IMG/VR virus record: IMGVR_UViG_3300042197_001533
Length of the DNA: 64,000 nt
Strand: one strand, 5' to 3'
From: an uncultured virus (IMG/VR IMGVR_UViG_3300042197_001533)
Lineage: Duplodnaviria > Heunggongvirae > Uroviricota > Caudoviricetes
In this document: in pieces, positions 58,888 through 64,000 of the stretch
Position numbering within the stretch: position 1 is the stretch's first letter
Layout of the letters: each line of letters begins with the position of its first letter
Translations under genes and position numbers: made by a program
Notes under the pieces: generated by a model
Seen by the model: the letters and a program-made list of their open reading frames with translations, nothing else
Database searches by the model: none
What the model was told of the DNA's origin: nothing

Positions 58888-60609
58888 TCAGTTTCCCTTA
58901 AACTGATTAAATGCTTCTACATAGTGTTCGTAGTTCTTTCTATCTCTCTCAGAATCGTTCGCTCCGGGCGGTGTCAGTTCCTCAAGACTTAACGGAGTGG
59001 AATGAATCTTGTTCACTTCGGTTTCCATGTGTTTCATATTGGCAGAATACCGTGTATTGGGCTCTTCCATATCACGGTGCAACTGCCTAAGCTTTGAAGC
59101 TCTGTCGTTATCACCATGTCGCTGTGCCGCATATGCTTGTTTCAAAATTTCGAGTTTCTTCCTTCTCTGAGCAATAACGTCGGGTTTAGCCTGGTCCTCC
59201 GATTCGTCGTCATCCACCTTCTTGCGAAGCGGCATTATAAGACGGTAATTTATATATGCGATAGCGTGGTCCAACATCCAAACAAATCTTTGCTGTGGAT
59301 GGTCGCCCCTAATATCACCGAACTTGTTCATCACATATAACCTAGAAAAACTCAACTTGTCAAGCAAACCTTTCAACGCATGTCCTTTGAAGATTTTTAG
59401 AAACGCCTCCGGAGTTGTCGCGGATTCTTTAAGACGGCTTATTATTTCCGGTTGAACCAGTGCCGTGTCTTCATTTTCATTTACAGTAGGGGAGGTGGGT
59501 TTGTCAATCATATACTTTGAAAGTTCACTTAAAAGTTCTGTCGCACTTGCTTTGCCACCAAATTTTTCATTTATCTCACGCAATGCCTTCTTTATGTCAA
59601 TTCCTCTGTCACGGAGATTTCTTATGATAGCAACAGCGGACGTGCCGTATTGACTCAATTTCTTCTCAAGTTCAGCGTAGAGAATGTCAGCTGGTATAAC
59701 ATCTCCTTCATCATCCGCCAAACTATCAATGGTCTTTATAATGACGTTCTTGATTTCTTTCTCCCCCGACTTTGCTGCGGCTCCCAACGCATCCAACTCA
59801 GCCTTAATGTTAATCATGTCTATCTTGTGACGCCGTTTCTCGGATTGTGACCACGTTGCTCCCTTGACGTGTTCATCGGATTCCATTTCCGAAAGTTTCT
59901 TGGAAAGTTCTGATATACGCTTTTGGATTTCGGATTGAGTTTCAGGTGAAGCCATCTCGGTTCCCATCAACTTGTGAAGACCTTCCATGTCAACTAACTT
60001 TATTCGGTTTTCCGGGTCGCCATCGGTTCTAACCTCCCATATCATTTCATTTGGGTCAAATCCACATTCCTTCACAATCTTAACAAACAGTGGAAGGTTT
60101 TTCTTATACATTTCTGGGTTGCTATACCATACAGTAAAATAACGTTTATCGTTTACAATAAAAATCCTAAATCTCCACGTCTCTTCGTAATGACCCCAAG
60201 TTTCGTTATCCTTACCAGGAACCGCATAGAGATGTTCAAACATGGAACCGACGAACTCCTCCAATGAACCATGACCCTTCGCGCCGGAAGCAAAAACGTC
60301 GAGCACTACGCGTTTAATGCGTTTATCCTTGTATGGGTCATAATGGTCGCTGGGATTGGAAAAGAAATGTATGGCCTTCTTATTGAGTTCTGGGTTGTGA
60401 AGCTGAACCACGGCTTTTTCTCCGGCTTTTGGGTCATCGACTAATGCAACGTAATTATCGTCGGTGCCAGCTTTGGGGTCAGAAAAAACAAGCCCGGTTG
60501 CCGCAACTGCCTCATTTACATAGTAGCTGATGTATTTGGTCGTCCCATCAGGATTCTTCAATGCAAGTGTGTCAGGACTCTCCAACAATAGATCTTTTAA
60601 CTTGGTCAT
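58888..60609 (-). CDS. Large hypothetical protein with MTKLKDLLLE leader
   Basis: 573-aa ORF; variant late-type motif near 60625. Confidence 0.8.
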   Translation of the reverse strand: MTKLKDLLLESPDTLALKNPDGTTKYISYYVNEAVAATGLVFSDPKAGTDDNYVALVDDPKAGEKAVVQLHNPELNKKAIHFFSNPSDHYDPYKDKRIKRVVLDVFASGAKGHGSLEEFVGSMFEHLYAVPGKDNETWGHYEETWRFRIFIVNDKRYFTVWYSNPEMYKKNLPLFVKIVKECGFDPNEMIWEVRTDGDPENRIKLVDMEGLHKLMGTEMASPETQSEIQKRISELSKKLSEMESDEHVKGATWSQSEKRRHKIDMINIKAELDALGAAAKSGEKEIKNVIIKTIDSLADDEGDVIPADILYAELEKKLSQYGTSAVAIIRNLRDRGIDIKKALREINEKFGGKASATELLSELSKYMIDKPTSPTVNENEDTALVQPEIISRLKESATTPEAFLKIFKGHALKGLLDKLSFSRLYVMNKFGDIRGDHPQQRFVWMLDHAIAYINYRLIMPLRKKVDDDESEDQAKPDVIAQRRKKLEILKQAYAAQRHGDNDRASKLRQLHRDMEEPNTRYSANMKHMETEVNKIHSTPLSLEELTPPGANDSERDRKNYEHYVEAFNQFKGN

Positions 60610-60639
60610 ATAGATGATACTCTATAATTAGTGATTCTC

Positions 60640-60775
60640 CAAACAAAACCGCCCAGAGATTTTTCGTTTAACGCCCTGCTCCCGCCCATTTTCCAAAAAA
60701 CCGCCCAGAGAGAACTCCCGCTTTATCCGTTTTAACTCATAAACCCGTTTTATCCACTTTAACACATAAAACCAA
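60640..60775. repeat. Non-coding direct repeats
   Basis: AAAACCGCCCAGAGA at 60645 and 60697; TTTATCCxxTTTAACxCATAAA at 60722 and 60749. Confidence 0.8.
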
Positions 60776-60914
60776 TTATTACCCGGCGGTCATCCTCCAT
60801 GAAACTTATTACCGTTCAACAGAAATCATTACCTGAGTGACTGCTTACATCAAAACAATTATTGGGGTTGGACAGACAAAGAACGCTCGGTCATAATGCT
60901 CTCTATCCTATCAT

Positions 60915-61145
60915 ATGAAGCCAATTGAGATACCCCGACAGTATATATGGGAAAATAGTCCAGAGTCAATTGAAGAATCACTAAGAGTAGCATTCAGTAA
61001 TATACTGAATAATGAATATGTGGTATCTGCCTCCTATAACCCAGAGACACGAATCGCTGAAGTCATACTGAGTAAAAAATCAATAGACTACATTAATATC
61101 TCCTTTACTGTCACCGACAAGGGAATTGAACCGCCCAAGGAATAA
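60915..61145 (+). CDS. Hypothetical protein
   Basis: 76-aa ORF with possible TGGACA-17nt-CATAAT upstream. Confidence 0.6.
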   Translation: MKPIEIPRQYIWENSPESIEESLRVAFSNILNNEYVVSASYNPETRIAEVILSKKSIDYINISFTVTDKGIEPPKE

Positions 61146-61282
61146 AATTTGCCCCTGGTTTTTTTGAGAAACCGCTCTAAAAGGTCAAAAATCCACCCAG
61201 GAAAACGTCATATAAGACATATAGGACGGCTAAATAACCCTTATACGTCACCTAAGACGTAAAAAACAGCTAAAACAGACAA

Positions 61283-61374
61283 GAAGCGCACCAGAGAAAA
61301 AAATGCCGTGTGTTTGCAAGGTAAAAGTAAGCTAAACGGAGAGGAAGCGCACCAGAGAAAAAAATGCCGTGTGT
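61283..61374. repeat. 31-bp perfect direct repeat, two copies, period 61
   Basis: GAAGCGCACCAGAGAAAAAAATGCCGTGTGT at 61283 and 61344. Confidence 0.9.
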
Positions 61375-61476
61375 GTTGCGCCACTGTCGGCGTCACCCCG
61401 GTGGGGGGTACCGTCATATTCAGAAGTAGCCCCCCTTTTTGACGGGGGTTCCGCCCCCAGTATGGGGGGGATGCCG

Positions 61477-61707
61477 TCATTTTAAGGGGTTACCTGGGGT
61501 GGGTAGGGGGTTTGACTGGGGCTTATGGAGTTTATTAATCTCCTCCAGTGTCATAGGGACATCCTCGTTGGTGGATACCCAGACGCCGGAGTTCTGGAAG
61601 TGACGTAACCCACGTAACACCAACCCTCTGCCGAACATACGGACCATCCTAACGTCGGTCCACAAGCCACTGGCTTGTGCTGCCTTAATGCGTTCGTCGT
61701 AGGTCAT
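61477..61707 (-). CDS. Small hypothetical protein
   Basis: Last ORF of a minus-strand string. Confidence 0.6.
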   Translation of the reverse strand: MTYDERIKAAQASGLWTDVRMVRMFGRGLVLRGLRHFQNSGVWVSTNEDVPMTLEEINKLHKPQSNPLPTPGNPLK

Positions 61708-61713
61708 ATGTGG

Positions 61714-62154
61714 TCAGAGAACCGTTGGCCCACTTGGATTCAATCCCACCTGCCGCCATTTCCTATACCCGCCGTTGGTGTCACCGCATTTAATGACGTC
61801 TCTGAAGGCCGACCACGGATGCCACTGGCTCCATTGTCCGTCACTGTTGGCCTCAGCATATTGCCAAGTGGCTTTCACATCCAACCTGTTAGCACACGTA
61901 TCAGCTGCTGACCGAAAGGTGTTGGCTACTCCCTTGTAATGTGTTACTGTCTTATGTCCGAAGTCTTGCCAGACACGATAACTCCAAACCCCGGCCTTAA
62001 TGTCCTTAATGATAGAGACTTGCACCGGAACATCCTTGCGGTCACAGTCACATGACCACGGATGGGCCTCTGCCTCATACTTCCATGTGGCACACTTGGT
62101 GCATCGCCAACCGAGATAACCGCTGGAGTATTCTTGTATGACGTTGGGGTTCAT
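61714..62154 (-). CDS. Hypothetical protein with N-terminal Cys motif
   Basis: CTKC...CDC; 146 aa. Confidence 0.65.
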   Translation of the reverse strand: MNPNVIQEYSSGYLGWRCTKCATWKYEAEAHPWSCDCDRKDVPVQVSIIKDIKAGVWSYRVWQDFGHKTVTHYKGVANTFRSAADTCANRLDVKATWQYAEANSDGQWSQWHPWSAFRDVIKCGDTNGGYRKWRQVGLNPSGPTVL

Positions 62155-62158
62155 GGGG

Positions 62159-62326
62159 TTACTTGGTTTTACCCGAGTATTTCTTCCGTTTAGCCTTCTG
62201 ACGGTCTTGATTTTGATGTTTTGACGTTCGGGGTTGACGAAAACCGTTGCGGACCACGGGATTAATCCAAGGCGTCACTTTATCGTTGTAACCTTCATAA
62301 CCTCTGGTGATTTCTATTTTGTTCAT
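62159..62326 (-). CDS. 55-aa basic hypothetical protein (below cutoff)
   Basis: MNKIEITRGYEGYNDKVTPWINP...KAKRKKYSGKTK fills the gap between neighbours. Confidence 0.55.
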   Translation of the reverse strand: MNKIEITRGYEGYNDKVTPWINPVVRNGFRQPRTSKHQNQDRQKAKRKKYSGKTK

Positions 62327-62338
62327 AAGGTGTTGAAG

Positions 62339-62572
62339 TTAAATGAATTCCGGCTTAAAACCTTGGATACCGTCAAGATAAGCGAGGATGTTGGTTTGGA
62401 GCGGTGTCATCGTAGCGATAGACATGATACCACCCTTCCTTTCAGCCGTGTATTCCTTCTTGGATGCGGTCAACATCCTCTTCGCCAACGGTTTACCGAT
62501 TTTCTTTACAATCTCCTTGTCAGTGAGGAGAAGTTGAATGGTGGAGTGAGCTTGGCCAGTGTTCAATTTCAT
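62339..62572 (-). CDS. Hypothetical protein
   Basis: Own promoter at 62582-62609. Confidence 0.7.
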   Translation of the reverse strand: MKLNTGQAHSTIQLLLTDKEIVKKIGKPLAKRMLTASKKEYTAERKGGIMSIATMTPLQTNILAYLDGIQGFKPEFI

Positions 62573-62581
62573 TGTGGTAAG

Positions 62582-62609
62582 AGTATAGACTTATTTTAAT
62601 GAAAGTCAA
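62582..62609 (-). promoter_or_regulatory. Sigma70-like early promoter
   Basis: TTGACT-16nt-TATACT, 9 nt before ATG. Confidence 0.8.
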
Positions 62610-62614
62610 GCCTC

Positions 62615-62926
62615 TTACCAACCGAAGGTGGCCGGCGTGAGGACGTTCCGTTTGACGTTCTTCTTCGTCACCTTAACTACCTCAGTGTAAGTGGTTTCCT
62701 CCAGTGTGAGAGCATCCATTGGGATCACGTCGTCAATACCATGTCCAAACACGACAATAAATCCTTCCTTTCGGATAGGCCATCCTCGACGAACACGTTC
62801 GCCTGTGAACCGTTCACGATAGACAACACGACCCTTCGTATAGACCGTATCCATCATCAGCTTCACCGTGCGGTTGAGAGTGATGGTTTTCTCGGTGACT
62901 CGTTTGATGGTGTTCTTTGTTTTCAT
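62615..62926 (-). CDS. Hypothetical protein (start revised to MKTKNT)
   Basis: ATG 6 nt after the TATTCT -10 box. Confidence 0.7.
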   Translation of the reverse strand: MKTKNTIKRVTEKTITLNRTVKLMMDTVYTKGRVVYRERFTGERVRRGWPIRKEGFIVVFGHGIDDVIPMDALTLEETTYTEVVKVTKKNVKRNVLTPATFGW

Positions 62927-62932
62927 GGTTAA

Positions 62933-63004
62933 AGAATACTGGATATTTAATAAGAAATCAAGCCTTATTTTATCTATTGACTTTCTATAAAAAGGGTTCA
63001 TACT
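62933..63004. promoter_or_regulatory. Divergent pair of sigma70-like promoters
   Basis: Minus strand TTGATT-17nt-TATTCT (62961-62933); plus strand TTGACT-16nt-CATACT (62977-63004). Confidence 0.75.
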
Positions 63005-63014
63005 GTCCTCACAA

Positions 63015-63278
63015 ATGAAAAAGAACTACAGCCACGGTTTCAAGGTCGGTGACAAGGTTTATACCTACCACAATTCTTCGTGGGGAATGGAACCGATGAA
63101 GGTGGTGCACGTCACTGAGGATGGTATCAGCTGCAAACACAAGGATTTCTCAGGTGTTGGGTGGTTTGCGGCGAAGGAGTGTCAGTTGGCCACGTCTGGC
63201 CGTAAGTTGGCCCTTGTTGAGTTGCAGGCTAAGCTGGACGAGGTTGACCGCTTGAAGAAAAGTCTGTTTAAGGATTGA
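63015..63278 (+). CDS. Hypothetical protein with SH3/KOW-like start
   Basis: FKVGDKV motif; own promoter. Confidence 0.75.
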   Translation: MKKNYSHGFKVGDKVYTYHNSSWGMEPMKVVHVTEDGISCKHKDFSGVGWFAAKECQLATSGRKLALVELQAKLDEVDRLKKSLFKD

Positions 63279-63302
63279 CATTCGATAAAAACCAGATAAA
63301 CT
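63275..63302 (+). promoter_or_regulatory. Sigma70-like early promoter
   Basis: TTGACA-16nt-TAAACT, 9 nt before ATG 63312. Confidence 0.8.
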
Positions 63303-63311
63303 ATTTCCACA

Positions 63312-63449
63312 ATGAATCTTATCTCTGCAAACCGCCGGCCGCTCTGTCTCGTTCTTCTCTGTGGTTGTGTCGGATACTTCTTCGGTGCATTCGTCACCGG
63401 ACTGGTTATCGGTGCAACCATCGTGGCTCTGGCGACCCTCCTCTTTTAA
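63312..63449 (+). CDS. 45-aa hydrophobic membrane peptide (below cutoff)
   Basis: MNLISANRRPLCLVLLCGCVGYFFGAFVTGLVIGATIVALATLLF, directly after a promoter. Confidence 0.7.
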   Translation: MNLISANRRPLCLVLLCGCVGYFFGAFVTGLVIGATIVALATLLF

Positions 63450-63453
63450 TCTT

Positions 63454-63750
63454 ATGCCACGTCACCGCGAGAAATTCATGTTGCCCGACAGCCCCTTAAA
63501 GGTTCGGTTGAAGGTGGTGGACAAACGCTTCGAGTCCGGTTGGTTGTGGGACACTTACACCGTGGTTTTGCAGCCGGATGACGTGTGCATCAAAGGCAAC
63601 CAAATTATCAGCGTGGAGGTTCCCGTTGCTCAGTATTACAATTTGAACATCGGAGAGACGTATTTGGTCAAGATGTATCTCCATTCTGACGGACGGTTGT
63701 ATTTGAAGCCCGAGGACGAGGACTGTGGATTTGTGCCATTTGCTGATTGA
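63454..63750 (+). CDS. Hypothetical protein (start revised to MPRHRE)
   Basis: ATG 4 nt after the stop of the membrane peptide. Confidence 0.65.
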   Translation: MPRHREKFMLPDSPLKVRLKVVDKRFESGWLWDTYTVVLQPDDVCIKGNQIISVEVPVAQYYNLNIGETYLVKMYLHSDGRLYLKPEDEDCGFVPFAD

Positions 63751-63774
63751 CATTCTCGTAGATTTAGATAAACT
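63747..63774 (+). promoter_or_regulatory. Sigma70-like early promoter
   Basis: TTGACA-16nt-TAAACT, 9 nt before ATG 63784. Confidence 0.8.
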
Positions 63775-63783
63775 GTCCGCACA

Positions 63784-64000
63784 ATGAAACCGCGTTCAGA
63801 GAAGAAGATTGAGGCCTTGATTCGTGGGGCGTTCCCCAATGCAAAGTGTTTTCGTGACCAAGCTTACGATGACGTTCTCCGAAGTTACTCCAAAGCCCGT
63901 GATGTGTGGGAACGGTATCGTGATTCGATTTGTCCGGCAACTCGTTGCACTGGACGGACTTGTATCTGTGCCACCGACCCTCGGTTGAAGGACCATCCTC
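63784..64000 (+). CDS. Hypothetical protein, partial
   Basis: MKPRSEKKIEALIRGAFP... stays open to the window end. Confidence 0.65.
   Translation, partial: MKPRSEKKIEALIRGAFPNAKCFRDQAYDDVLRSYSKARDVWERYRDSICPATRCTGRTCICATDPRLKDHP

Noticed and set aside
61283..61374. Mini-CRISPR array (31-bp repeat, 30-bp spacer)
   Set aside because: Only two copies, the sequence before each copy is also similar (GCTAAA...), the repeat is not palindromic and no cas genes are present. It looks like a tandem duplication.
61241..61480. 79-aa minus-strand ORF
   Set aside because: It spans the repeat and homopolymer region and is probably non-coding, although its ATGA overlap with the upstream gene means it cannot be fully excluded.
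1..64000. Stop-codon reassignment
   Set aside because: Core genes are intact in the standard code, and TAA, TAG and TGA all end conserved genes at expected positions.

Overview
This is a 64 kb segment of a large T4-like (myovirus-type) phage genome in the standard genetic code, with almost all genes from 1 to 60.6 kb on the minus strand. It carries the virion morphogenesis region: tail fibres, gp15/gp14/gp13-like neck genes, major capsid protein, scaffold, prohead protease, portal, large terminase, baseplate wedge genes, gp25 and central spike. Embedded in it are an Mre11/Rad50, primase and RuvC-like block, a sigma-like factor, an HD protein, PhoH, a macrodomain/GMPR-IMPDH/DUF4326 island and a complete tmRNA gene. 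After a repeat-rich, G-tract-containing junction at about 60.6-61.5 kb come small early-type genes, several with their own sigma70-like promoter. The main signals are: (1) about ten genes share a short N-terminal leader ending in [LIV]-x-E, and at least two look like protease-matured polyproteins (a ligase-like plus nucleotidyltransferase fusion, and a six-module protein), suggesting a capsid-cargo system; (2) two apparently natural split genes, an Mre11 nuclease cut mid-domain and a baseplate protein with two alternative N-halves and one separately promoted C-half; (3) a late-promoter-like motif TA(T/C)TTAT, the reverse complement of the T4 late box, often only 4-10 nt before the ATG. All family calls come from recognising motifs by eye; no searches were run.
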